Shown here piece by piece: positions 34,686 to 48,102 of a DNA stretch of 64,000 nt (its first letter is position 1; every line of letters starts with the position of its first letter). Made by a program: the position numbers and the translations under genes. The notes beneath the pieces were generated by a model that was not told the origin of the DNA, searched no databases, and worked only from the letters and a program-made list of their open reading frames with translations. The stretch is from Thalia democratica (taxonomy: Eukaryota), in assembly GCA_965202585.1 (NCBI GenBank), contig OZ241833.1:5952001-6016000 (forward strand). The letters run 5' to 3'.

Positions 34686-37600
34686 ACCTATGAAATATAT
34701 AATTTCAAAGTGAAAGCTTACATAAGATCATTATTTTCTATTAATGCAACTAATCTAAGTGAATACTTTATTGATTATTAAAAGTTTTTAGCAAATATTA
34801 CAAGATATGTTTCTAAACAACTTACTTTTTTTTACATAAATTTGCTTATTTTACAGCTCAAACCTACAATGAATCTACACTGTACTGTACATACCATTTA
34901 AAGAATGAAAAAAGAAATTTTTTTCCGAAAAAATTCATTAAAAAAGTAGTTTTTTGTTTTATATACAAAGCTTAAATAACGTATTTGTACTTAAAGTTAA
35001 ATGTAAATAGCTCAGAGTACGCCTTATCATTATAGTTTTTAGACATCTAAAAAGTACTATTTATTTAGTTAAGTTTCTGCTGTATATTTCTCCTCGGTAG
35101 ATCTGACACGGGGTGTAGTTTACCAATGAATGCTTTAAATATTCAAACTATTGTAATATTTTACTATAATGTTCGCATTTGAACTTATTTAGAATCGTTA
35201 ATTGTTTTAAAACTTTTTGTTTGTTTGTTTTTTATAAAATAATGCTTCTAGATCTCATGTTCGAATATAACACTATATGGTTACTTTACATTCTACATTG
35301 ACAATCTAGAATCTGCTTCATTTTACTGTGTCAAAACTTTTTATCAAGTATTTAAAGGGTTAGAGTTAGTGAAAAGTGAAAATAGCTACGCCTACGTTCT
35401 CACAAAACCACGTTAGTTATTTTTTACGTGATAGTTTTATATTTAATTATTTAACTAAGCATATCTTAAACAGTATACTTACAACTCCTACTCGATTTAT
35501 TTTTTTCTTTTTGATTATCTATTTTTTTACTATCACTTTTACCCTTACGCTTATTCGGTATGTGGTTCTCGGATTTTAGGGTGGGAGTTGTGTTGGAAGG
35601 TTAGAACTAAGCTCCTCCCATATTACAGGTAAATGAAATTAGATATAAATTATTTCAATTTAAAAAATCTAAGAAATAATGTAACTATTTCAAATAGAAT
35701 TGTTTTACCTATAACATTTTAATAAATAGTTTCGCTTTTAATGAACGTTTTTTATTAAAATTTAAATGGTCGTATAACTTATCGTTTAAATGAATAAATG
35801 TTTACTTTTTTTAGTAAAAACTAGCTTTTTTTACTATTAAATTACATTTTGTTTAATAAAAGTTATTAAATAAGTGATCACTTTTCATTTGTTTTTAATC
35901 AACTAAGCGAAAACTTTTTAGCTTATAGATCTGAAAATCAGAAAATAACATTTATTTTTATTTAGTTTGAGATATTTTTCAATTTTATTTAGAATTAAAA
36001 ACAAAAAGTATTTCTCTGTGAAACCTTGATTTAAAGAAAAATCGACATTTTTAATACTTCATATTTTAAAATGTTTTAAGTTTGTTGTAAAATTATTGTA
36101 TTAAAAACATAATTTAAAAGACAATTTTCAAATTCTTATTTCAAATTTACAAATATTTTATTACTTACATGTAGTCCGAACTGTTTTAGTTCTTAAACTT
36201 AAGCAACTTTTTTAGAATTTTACCTTATTTAACTAACACTTTGTTTTTACGTAGACCACACAGTTAAAATATATTTTTGTTTTTGAGTTTAACATTTAAT
36301 TAATATATCAAAGAAAAAGAAAGTTATATTCCTGAGCACTTAGACGTTGTTTTAGTATATATCTTTTTGATTAAAAAACAATTTTTGACAATTTTTATAT
36401 AAGGTTGTTGCAACAATTGGTCAAAAACTTTATTTAAAGCATATATTAAATAATAATTTTTAAACTCCCATTTTGTTCGGTTAGCTTATATAAAAGAAAT
36501 GTTAAACTTTACAAAAGTTTTTAATAAAAACTACTTACGTTAAAACTAAAATATAACATTTTTTATTTGTTTATATTTGTTTTAAAAGTTTAGCTTTTTT
36601 TGTACACGGTATAAAAACTTAAATACAGTTTTACCGATAGATGAACAAAAATTTTAATTTTGAATTTTTTTTTTAAACCTTATTCATCTTTCTAGTTTGT
36701 TAACTTGTTTATTTTCAAACATCACAAAATTTACACGTTAATTTCAATAGTATCTATTTGGTAAAGTCTATAACTTTTTACTATAGCTTTTTACACAAAA
36801 AATACAATAAACTTTATAACTTTGATTTATTATGTAAAATAATAGTTAAATTTTAAAAGCTAGAACGAAAATAAAAACAAAATTTTCAAAAAAGTTTACG
36901 AAATTGTAGGTAAAATAAAGTACAAACTGGTTTCTGTAATAAAATATATTAACTCTTTTTTTAATTTTTTTTACAATTAAATTTAAGAAAATATTTTCAG
37001 CTGTTAACCATCATGAAGTTCTAATACTAACAATCTCTGGAACAGTATTTTGCATTATTTTTATATTTGGATTGAAGTTAATGAAGAGTTACAACAAATT
37101 TAGAAAAATCACAACTGTTGATAAACTAAACAAAGTTTACAAATTGTTTTATATTTATTTGCTGCAACAAAAAAAAAAAACTTTCACATAGATTTTTAGA
37201 ACGATATTATGCTCATTTACTATTTGTAATTATAAAACACCTTTTTTAATTTATGTCTTCATTTAAGTTACATTTATATATACGAATACAAATTTAAACG
37301 TACAAATTAAATTTTGATACTTTGATATAAATACTGATAAAATTAATTCAAAAATATTTCTAAACAAGAAACAACTTTGAAAACTTTTTATTTACTTTCA
37401 GTTTATAGTTAAGATGATACAAAAACTACTTTTACGGCAAAGTAAAGTATTTGTTGTTTTGAAAGTATCAAATTACGCAAACCGTAATAAAACATACATT
37501 TTTTAGAACGAAGGTTTCAACAATCTTCACAGAACTCTTCTACAGTTAGTTTAATTAATAATTTTGTTTAAACGCACCTATATTTATTTTTTTCAACTTA

Positions 37601-38509
37601 CAGACATAATACAAATGGTTTTTTGGACACTAAAACAACGATTAGACACAAGAATACATCGTAAAAATATTCGTTGGAAAAATAAAAGTTAGTTTTTTTA
37701 ATAATCTTTGCCCTTGACTAAATATTTACTAAGTATTATCATATTAAATCACGATATAAAAACGATTTCATATCAGAATTAGCATTTAGTTTAAGAAACA
37801 TATTAAATACTAAGCTACAATAAGTAAACAGTTTTTGAGTTTATTTAAGTTACTTTAATATCAAAAACGACTTTTTTAGCTTTTTAAAAATTTGTAAAAA
37901 CCTTTTTTTTTTAAGTTTAATACTTCATCTACTTTTAACTTTCTAACTTCTTACTTTTTGTGTTCAAACTAATGTATTAAGTTAAAAAACTATTTGTACT
38001 TACTAAAGAGTAAGTTTTTAAGTTATGTATACTGTTGACTCCTCTTTTCAATAAACACTATTATGGATGTCGAATTAAAAAGAAATCTTACTCGATAGAC
38101 TTAAAACATTTATTAAAAAAGATACTTTTGTAAAGTATTTAGCATTAAAAAGATAGTTTTAAAGATAAAAGCTTCATCTAAAATTTATGTAAAAATATTT
38201 TGAATGCAAAAAGAATAAAAAATCTCTCCAGTGTTGAAGTTTTAGAATTGAGTTGGCTCTACAATGATTACAATTACTCAGGATGATCGAAAATGATTTA
38301 AAAAATTTGAGTTTTGATGTTCGCTATTTGTTTTTTAAAATAATTTAAAAAAGTATACTTTCGATTTTTTTTATATTTATCACTCTCCATGTAAAAGCAA
38401 TAATGCAATTCTATTTAAGATTTAAATGATAATTTTGTATGCTTGTTTTTGTGATCATTATTATTTTAAATCAAAATAATAAACACGTTGGTTTCCAGGC
38501 AATCTCTGT

Positions 38510-38675
38510 CAACGTAGGCTTCGCTGGCTCGGTTATGTTTGGGATTTGCTCTATGGGTGAAGAGCAAATCCTAAAGTTGTAAAGAGGTATAGTCGTTGGC
38601 AAACGCAATCGAGGTCGCCAATAACTATGTTTTTAGGACGTATGCAAGCTTTTCCTTAAAAGTTTGAATATAAGA
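38510..38675 (+). mobile_element. Decayed RTE-clade LINE ORF2 3' fragment
   Basis: Translates across frameshifts and stops as RRLRWLGYVW-DLLYG...GKRNRGRQ*LCF*DVCK..LKSLNI, matching the RLRWLGHV...LLYG...GxRxxGRP..RxKD..K..LK tail of RTE-type ORF2. Confidence 0.65.
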
Positions 38676-41600
38676 AAAAAATTTCTTGCAAATGACCGCG
38701 TCAAATGGCAATTTTTTATACACAAAGAATAAAAGAAAAGGAAAAACAATACTTGAATTAACATAAGAAGACGAAGAAATAAAGAACAAAATTAATTTCA
38801 TTTATATACACGTTTTGTTTACTATTTTCTTGTTTTACTTATTCTATCACTGTAATTAAAATTTATCATTATTTCTATTAGTTATTTTTATTGTTTTATG
38901 CAGAAAACTTATAGCCAATTTAAGTCGATTTATAATGTAAATTTACTTTAAATAAGCAACGATTAAACTTCAGTGGTATATAGCTAAACCTTGTTTTTTA
39001 AGACTTTACAAAAATAAGTTGATGTTTTAAAACAACTCTAAAATGGTTTGGAAGATACAATTATCAATAGAATATCAATGCTACGTACTTACTATCACAT
39101 AGTTTAATGTATTTTACTTCAGTCTTTAAATTTAACATATCATGTTCAATAGCATTAAGTTATAAAAACACTATAAATTACATTATAGTCCAGTTTTAAA
39201 AAGTAACAATTATTACAATATTTTCTAGAAATATGTCTAAAAATAGATAAATGTATAGTAAAACAAAAATATTTATAAAACATAACTTTTAGACTTAAAT
39301 GTTTAAATTAGATTTTAGTTACCTTCTAAATTAAAAAATATATTTTACCTTATTTTTAATAAATTTTCAGTTTTTCTTTGGCTTTCTGAAATGCTTAGAC
39401 ATTTATCAATGCAATAAATCGTTAACCTAGACTAAATTAGATTTATAATACACTAGGTATTTGATACAACATACTTTGTATAGCAAAATCTTTTTTTTTA
39501 ACTTTTGTAAAGTTTATAACTTAAAGTTTATTTTAGATATAATTATTTTAAGATTTTTTTTCTCAGTTGTTTTTAGTTTAGAGGCAATCAATATTTTTAG
39601 TCGGGGGACCTGATGTGGAGACATTTAGCAGGTTTTTTAATAAAACCTAAGAAACCTTTACTAGTTATCAACTTCAACTTGTATTGAACAACGTTTGGCT
39701 ATTTCCAACTAAATAAGTTGCAGTTTTTAAATTAAGTAAGTAGTTTGCTTAAAACAACATATATAACTTTGAAAAATTATTCTTAAAGCTGTCATTTTAA
39801 GATTTTAACAGAAAAAAAATTCCAAACTTAAACTATGTTTATAAGTTTGAAAAAAGAAACGTTTTATAAGTCATTAGTTTAAATCGATTTATAGTAGTTC
39901 CCGTTTTTATTTTATAATACGTTTGTAACATTTCTTTAAATATATATTAGCATTAAAAACTTCTTTAACAATATATATTTTATAATTGGTGCTATTTAAC
40001 AATAACGAAATTCAAAAAAACTACTGTTTAAAACAAATTTGAATTTTTCTAACTTACTAACATAAGCTTATAAGAAAAACTAAAATAAGACAAATAGTTT
40101 AAACTGGGCCGTAAAGGTACAGCCAACTATGCAGATATATCCAGCCCGCAAAGTGTGATCTTTTCTCATAAAATATTCGCAAAACTTTAAAGTTGTTTTG
40201 GAAAAAAAAAACAATTTTTATTTAATTGCAAAACGAGCAACAAATATCTTAATACTTTAACTTTGAAATAGGCAAAAACATCAATCTTTGGTTTAAAAAG
40301 AACTTATGAAACACAAATATAATTTTAATTTTTGAAAAAAACAATATTCTTAAATTCATTGTGAGTACACAGTTGTGCTTTTCATGAATTTACTGAAAAC
40401 GATAAAAAGTCAACGATCACAATAGAGTCTAAGGAATAGAATAAGAACTTTTAGCCGTGGACTTTTAAATGATAAGTTTTATCTAAAATTTGCTTTGAAA
40501 AAGTTTTTTTGAAGTATATAGTAAGTTTCACAAAATTAAGCAGCTAGCAAAGACTTTTTCAGATAGGTCTGGCCTGCCGACTAAAATAGTTTCCGATTCA
40601 TATTCTAACCTAGAGGCATATAGTTTTTAATATTTTAAAAACTAACTTTGTACGCTTAATAAATTTAGAATTTTATTTATTAAAATTCAAATCTAAAAAC
40701 ATCGATTGTTTAGTAAAAAAACTGTTTTTGTGGTATAAAGATAAAGTTTTGATTTTTTAGTTTTAGTTGTAAAATACTAATTTTAGTTTTTTTCTGGAAA
40801 ATTGATTGATGAAAGAGCTCAAATTTCTATCTGTAATACAACTTAAAAAAAAGTTTAAGAAAAGTGTGTTTCTTATTTAACTCTAGATAAGTAATTCAAA
40901 ATCTCTTGATTTGTAAGGGTAGAAACTAAGCTTTTAAATATTTATTAAGTCATTTTTTACGTTAGATGAATTTCATTTTTTCTTTTGAAAAGACTATGTT
41001 AGTCTTAAAGATCTCCAACTGAAGTAATAAACTAAACAGGAAATTATATAAATTTTGAATCTTTAGTTTATTAATGTAATCAAGCAAGTTTTTTCATAAA
41101 ACAACCTTATTGTTTCCTTATTTAATACTTTTTATTGTAAAAATGCTTAAAAGTAATCGTTAAAAGAATCAAAATCAAGAAAAATATAGTTTTAAAATAT
41201 ATAAAATTGTATAAAATTTTCTATTCAACTTATTTCTGTGCAAAAGTTGAGTTTATCTTAATAATAAAATGTATTGATTTAGAGTTAGCCTAATCTTTTA
41301 AGTTTTAACTACTAGTTAGATATTAAAACAGTTACAAAATCCTTAAAACAACTTTTAGTATAATTTATTAAAAAATATATTACAACAAACAAAACACTTT
41401 TACAAAAAAAAATAAATAAACAAGCTTATATTACTTTCACAAAGGATCCGCATTCTTAATAATCAGTAAACACTTTATTAAGATTTTTAAGGATAGGCTA
41501 AGTTTACAATTGGAAACTACAAATTCAATCATTTTAAGGTTTTGATAACTCTAAATTAAGCAAGACTTTTTTTTTTTCCTTTTTGACTGTTTATCAAATG

Positions 41601-43134
41601 AAATGAAAAAATAATAAACTTACAACTATCATTATTTTTAACGACAAAAAAAGACGCTAAAAATATTTGGTTCTAGGACCTAATGCACGAACAACACTTT
41701 GGTTATCGAGTCGCACACCACTTGGATACCTTTTAATGTCTTTTCCAGGATAACTTTTATTTTTTTTACTGTAAATACAAAAAAAAAGTCAATTTACATA
41801 AAATTACCTGCTTCTTTCCTAATTTCTTTTTTTTTACCTGACAAATGATAAAAATTCTTAACATGGACATTTAACAAAAGTTTAAGTGAAATAAAGTAAT
41901 ACAAATTGCTACAATCTAGACTTCACCAATAAAATAAGGACTCTTTTCGGTTCAAAATAATTGTCAATATACATTTAAATCACATAAAAATAATATACCA
42001 TTGCAACCTATCTACTTAAAAAGTTGTTTTTTAGTTAAATGTCCATCAGACTTGCCTAGCACTTGTAAAAGTTAACCTAGTTCCTAACTCATTTAGAGTT
42101 TTAGTCCCTCTGTTTCGATCCATGCCTTTACTTTTACAGTTTAGATATTATAAAATGGTTATGTACTTAATTTAGAGTTCTATTTTAAAAGTATGATATA
42201 ACGTTAAGTTTAAGTTCGACATAAATACACTTAACTCATATTAAAACAAATTTTAATATTTATCATTAACTGTCCTGGACAAGACGTTTAACTGTGTCAA
42301 TATGAAGTACGACTCGATAAGCACTTTTCGGACACTGGTCATTAATTGATTTGAGCGCTTTTTTCGTCCAAGTTATTTATTATTATACTATTTTAAAGTT
42401 TTTACTTTCATGATATCTTAAATAATGAATACGTCAAAGAACTTTTTTTATAAGTACATCGACTTTATTGAGTTTATTTTTGCTTGCCTTCAACACAATA
42501 AATCGCAAGTTCAAGTTTCAGTGAGAAGGAATTAGAATAACAATAATTAGTATAAAGTAACTTGTTTTATAAAAAACATAATTTGTTTTAGAAAGAGTAT
42601 TTTTGGTATTTCTCAGGATTTGTATAATTCAGATTACAGTCAGTTACAACACTGTAAATATTTTCAAACATTTTTACAACTTATTTAACTATTCTACCTT
42701 TGTACGGGTCTATTTGAAGTATTTAATTATTATACCATAACAGCTGCAATTTTCTGTTAAGCGTATTGTTACCGCTGTTAGGTTTTAGCTATTACTTAAC
42801 AACTTAAGTTATACAAGTATATATTAATTCATTATACAAAGATACAAAAGTAGTGACACAAATTTATTACAGTTTAAACCAATTAGTTTCAACAACATAA
42901 CAAAGTACAAACAAACAATTATACGGGTTTTGTACACACCTAACTGCAATAAACTTCTTAATTATATTTTTTGAATGAACTCAGTATTAAAAAATTATAT
43001 AATAACTTCAACATATCTCACAAACACAACAAACTAAATACAAGAGCAAACAGAGTTGTATTCAAATTAATGGTTCAAGAATAATTACGCAGCAAGTCAA
43101 AGCTCTTCATTACTTTACGAAGCAAGTTAGCTCT

Positions 43135-44744
43135 TCACAATTTGCTCACCAACGTTTTTCCATCCTCACGACCTTTACATATCTTTTCAGCAGTTGTTTC
43201 AGCCGCCTTGAGGTCTCCAATTTTACCGTAGAAAATGATGTTCCCTGTGCTGTTATGTGTTATCAGCACAACAAATTGGTGATTGCAAATGAATTCTGCT
43301 GGTCGGTCACCGAAAGGTCCACTGAATGATGATGCTAAAATATGCAAAAAGATTAAAACACTCAAGCCATGCTGATGTCAAGGTTGAAATCAACATACAG
43401 TGTTATAAAATATCTTGTATTACATAATGAGAGAATAATGTGCAGACAAGGAGTCTTATAGTTCTATTCATTCAAAATTAATAAAACTTATAAAATTATT
43501 CATTTAGAATTGGTAAACAAGATAACCCAAACTTACAAGCTGAAGTAGTTCTCGCTTTGTTAAGTAAATATGATGTAACTTTTTTATAAGTTCAATTTAA
43601 AAAAATTCAACTTTTACATTAGGTATCAAGTTTATATTTATACTTGTAGCTAATTTTTGTTTAACTTACTACCAGTAATAGTGTTTTAAATCTTGTAAGA
43701 ATAGTTTCATTTTAATACTAGTACAAATTTAGTTACTCAAATCTGTAGTTTAAATCTAAGCATCTTACTTGCTACTCCGCATGCTTCAGTGCCTTCTTCA
43801 TTGACTTCCAAATAAGTTTTATGAACAATATCCGACACATGAAGTCCTGTTACATCTGAAATTTTGCTCAAATTTGCTTTTTTGAGTGAAAACATGTCAG
43901 TCATCCCCAACTTTTCAAAAGTTTCTCGCAAGTTTTTTTCGTATTCAAGTTTGAACTTTGGCAGGAGCAGTTTTATATTTCCTTGAAACTCTGTGCTCCG
44001 CTCAATCATGCTTCTCATCTTGCTAACTGTGAGTTTCTGCAAATCATCGTAACTCTTGGTCGGCATGAACAGCCACATTGAGTACTCCTCTCCTGCGTAC
44101 GGAATTTCTATACCGTACATTTCATCGTCATAAGCATATTTATAACGAGGCAAGATTTTCGACATCATCGCAATTTGAGTTTGTGTGCCGTCAAAATTGT
44201 AAAAAGTGGACAGAAACGTAGTTTTCATGTTGAAACGTAATGACCAAAGACCTTTGAAGTGGACAACGCTGGTTAAGACCATTCTGGTCAGCTCAGTAAG
44301 CGACTCGGGAGCAATCGCTTTTTTTATTTTGTTTCCGGTGCTCTCAGCAACATGTTTGTTAATGGCATCTACGCTTCGCTTGCGGTCCGATTTAGTTTTG
44401 AATGGCAAGTTTAGCGCCTTGCAACCTAAACCTTTGAGAAGTTTCAAATAATCACTTTTGACTTTGTACCGGCTTTCAAGGAATAAATTGTTGAAAATTC
44501 GGGCTTTAACTGAAGGTTTTTTGGAAGATAACTTTTGAAACTCCTCCAAAACCTCTGTACTTTTATAATTACCAATATAGAGACCAAAGGCTTTCGTTAT
44601 TTGATCTTCGGTGTTGCCTTCTGATCCGCAATAAATCATGCTGAGGGCCAGGGAGATGCTGAAAGGAGAAAAGAGAATGTTCTCGTGCGGAGATTTGCTG
44701 CTAAACTCAGCGTAGAGGTCATCAATGAACGAATCAAAAGACAT
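43135..44744 (-). CDS. Serpin copy 6, join(44744..43769, 43334..43135), 391 aa
   Basis: Intact; 434-nt intron; acceptor TTTTAG|CA; ends VSKL*. Confidence 0.88.
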
Positions 44745-45547
44745 TATTCAGATTACTTGTACACTACTATCTAAAAATTAAAAAAAAAAATAAAATTGTT
44801 ATTTTTAATAGTTTTGGCTGAGCTTTGATTGTTTATTTAATGTTAAACTGCTTTTTTGTCATATACTTAAGCTAATACATCGATATTTAAAAAAAAAAGA
44901 TATTGAGTAATGAGTATTTTAAAGTTTAATATTTTAAGCAAAAAATAATATGCTATATTAAGTCTAATCTTATGCTACAGCTAAGGTTTCTAAGCAATGT
45001 TTTAACGCATTGATTTGCTTATATATGAAGTAGTAATCAAGCTTTTCATACTGATTATGCTTTAATTATTTTTGTAAGGAACGGAATATGAAAATTTGTT
45101 TATGAAATAATTAGTATATATAATAACAGTATAATTATAACTAGTATATAGGACTAGTTTAAATAAAAATATTTTAAAACATGGTTTATAACTTGACTAA
45201 TATTTTTACTTGTATATTATCTACTTAGTTTCTACATCTTTAAAATGAACTTTTAAAAAAAGTATTTCCTACATATTTTTTATGTAGCTTAGTATAAGGC
45301 ATAAAAGTAAATTAAGATAAAACAGTAATAAAAGTTAATATAACTGCTAGTTAGGAATTAACAAAAGTAATACGTGTAACGTATTATCGAGGGTAAGGGT
45401 GAATAGTGGTAGCAAAAAAATACTTTTTATTTTTTCAGAAAATTATTATAGCCAGTTGTTTCAAAACTACGTCATAATGCGTTAAAAAATCTATTGAAAA
45501 AAAAAACGAATGTTTCACATCTTTTGTTTGTTTTGTGTGTGGCTGAA

Positions 45548-46375
45548 ATGAAACGTCTCGTAATTTTTTGCTTGCTCTTCCTCGGAGCTTGCACGGGGCA
45601 GATGTTGGGAGGAAAACAAGCCAAGGAAGGACAGTTCCCGTTCGTGGTTCAGATCCGTAATCTGAATTGCCACGGAGTTTGCATTTGCGGAGGAGCAATC
45701 GTCGCCCCCCATTGGGTTCTGACGGCGGCTCACTGCGTTCGAAACAGTAACAACCAAACCACAAAAGTGGCCGTCGTGGCGGGAGACGTTTGGCAGTTTC
45801 GAAGAGAGGGAGTCACGGGCAGGGTGGAGATCGGGCCGGAGAAGATACAAGTGTACCCCTACCCCGACTTCGAGCGAGACAGGCTGAACGACGTGGCGCT
45901 TCTGTTCGTCGAGGAACCGTTCGATTCGAAACCGGAAAACTCGAAAGTCAAGATGATTGGGTTCGGGTCGGATGAAGGTGTCGGGGTGGGTCAGGAATGC
46001 ACTGTGATGGGGTGGGGATTCACCAGGATCAACTGGGAGACCGACCAGAGAAGCAGGCAGTCGCCGGTGCTGAAGTACGGCACGCTGAACATCACGACGA
46101 TCTACCAGCGCATCATTTACTTCGGAGACCTGAACAGGGGCGGCCCCTACTTGCTGAACTGGGACTCGGGTGGTCCGCTGGTGTGCAGGGACGCCAAAGA
46201 CGGGAAGCAGAGGCTGTTCGGGTGGCAGCGAGCGACTGATACCGAGAAGAACTCGATTTTTTACGTGAGATACCGCAGTTTCAAAGATTGGATCAGAAGA
46301 AAGCAAGGCGAGGTGGAAAGAGAAAATGAGGACAAGTTTCAGAAAGACAAAAGCTACGAAGAATATTCAGTTTAG
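45548..46375 (+). CDS. Secreted S1 protease copy 5, 275 aa, Gly193Trp (WDSGG)
   Basis: Open 828-nt frame; TGG at 46160-46162. Confidence 0.88.
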   Translation: MKRLVIFCLLFLGACTGQMLGGKQAKEGQFPFVVQIRNLNCHGVCICGGAIVAPHWVLTAAHCVRNSNNQTTKVAVVAGDVWQFRREGVTGRVEIGPEKIQVYPYPDFERDRLNDVALLFVEEPFDSKPENSKVKMIGFGSDEGVGVGQECTVMGWGFTRINWETDQRSRQSPVLKYGTLNITTIYQRIIYFGDLNRGGPYLLNWDSGGPLVCRDAKDGKQRLFGWQRATDTEKNSIFYVRYRSFKDWIRRKQGEVERENEDKFQKDKSYEEYSV

Positions 46376-46882
46376 GAGGGACCAATGGCAATGTTTATGT
46401 TGTACCTTCTTTTTTCGATGGAATAAATTTTGATTTTCACGTTTGAAACTTTTTTATTGTTTCAAAACGAGCATTAAATGTTCATTCTAGTATTTATTAA
46501 CTTTAATTGTAAAGATTCTGTTAGGTTAAGTGTATATTGAAAGCTTCGTTTTTTTTTTTACTGTCTCAAAAAACTTATTTGAGAACTTGAAAACTTAAGT
46601 TTAAAAGAATAAAATTATACCTTTTAAATAAGAAATGACAATATTTTTGTTTGGCGGAGTATAAAAAGAAAAAATTGTCCTCGAAGATTTCTAACACTTT
46701 CGATTCACAATAATTACTGAAACGTGACATGTTAAACTAACGTTGTTGACAATAATAGTTTATCGAGCGACAAAAGAACTCATAAAGTCTGTCCTAGGAT
46801 CTGGTGGACAAAAAAAACTTTCGGTTATCAAGTCGTACACCACGGATACCTTATAATGTCTTGTCCAGGCCGTATTAAGTGT

Positions 46883-48102
46883 TATATGTTCTTTATTTCA
46901 GAAAGCATTTATCCGAGCTGTAACATATATATAGTTTTACTTAAAAATAATACTAAGTTTATAATTTTTTGGGAAGTACTTAAGAAATACTATAATTTAG
47001 TTTCGACAATTTTAAAAAATAGACTTTTACCAGTTTAAAATAACTTTTTACAATCTTGTTTTTATAATAAAGTTAAAGCAACAACAAAAGTAATATTATT
47101 ATGTATTTAGAAATATTACTAACTTGTAAAAGCAATTTATTAGGCTAAACAGGTATATATAAAAATTTCAAACACATTAACAATTCATATGATGATTTGA
47201 TAAATGATGATTAAAACTAAATTCAAAAATACTTTAGTTCTTCTTTCATAAATTATTGAACTTTACTTTAATTTATTTTTGACTATTTTTAGACGGAACT
47301 GTTACACTCATATGAATGTATGAATAAATTAGTTGTTACATTTAGTTTAGTCTCTTGTAAAAAAATTTTTACCAGTATTTACAGCTATTCAAATTCTTAT
47401 TTATTATTTAAGAGAATAAAAACATAACCTTTGCACATTTTAGTTTACAAGGTTTGATCATACCAATTCGATCATCAGACCACAAGTTGTTGTTTGTACA
47501 TTTTACAATTAATAGATTAAAATTTCAACAACATAGTTTAAAAGATAAAGTTTCTATTTTAAATTAGGTAATTAAGCACGTTTAGTTTATAAATTTTTCT
47601 AATGAGTGCTCATTTTCTTTATAAGCTTGTAAGTATTTATAACTAATAAAGTTTTAATTTCTTTGAGCTTTAGCTTTTTTATTTTGCAAATTAATAATAT
47701 TTAAATTTGAATTATTTTGATATATTTAAATTTAAATTTGAATATTTAAATATTACCACTTAGGTAAAATTTGATCTAAAACTTATCTTAAAGTAAATTC
47801 ATTTTCTTTGAAAAGCTATAAAGTAAAAAATAGTTCAAATAACACGTAAAATTCAAACATTTTTATTATAGAATACATTAAGTTTTTATTCATACTGTTG
47901 TTTAATTCAAAAACTAAAATGTAATTGTTAAATATTAAAACTTATTATAATACTCAAAAAAATGAATCACTACTTTAAATAAACTTAATTTTGTTGATAG
48001 TTTTAACATTCGCAGTTAAAGGTTATTTTTACAATTATCTGAGGTAGGACTATTTATTGAGTATCTTTTGTGTATCATAAAGTCATTTTATTATAGTGTT
48101 TA
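46883..48102. repeat. 1.22-kb segment repeated at 20481-21700 and 52531-53750; older diverged homologue at ~12605-13020
   Basis: ATATGTTCTTTATTTCAGAAAGC...ATTATAGTGTTTA near-identical at offset 26,402. Confidence 0.85.

Noticed and set aside
38190-38290. LRR-like peptide IKNLSSVEVLELSW
   Set aside because: One repeat in a frame of about 35 codons bounded by stops; insufficient support.
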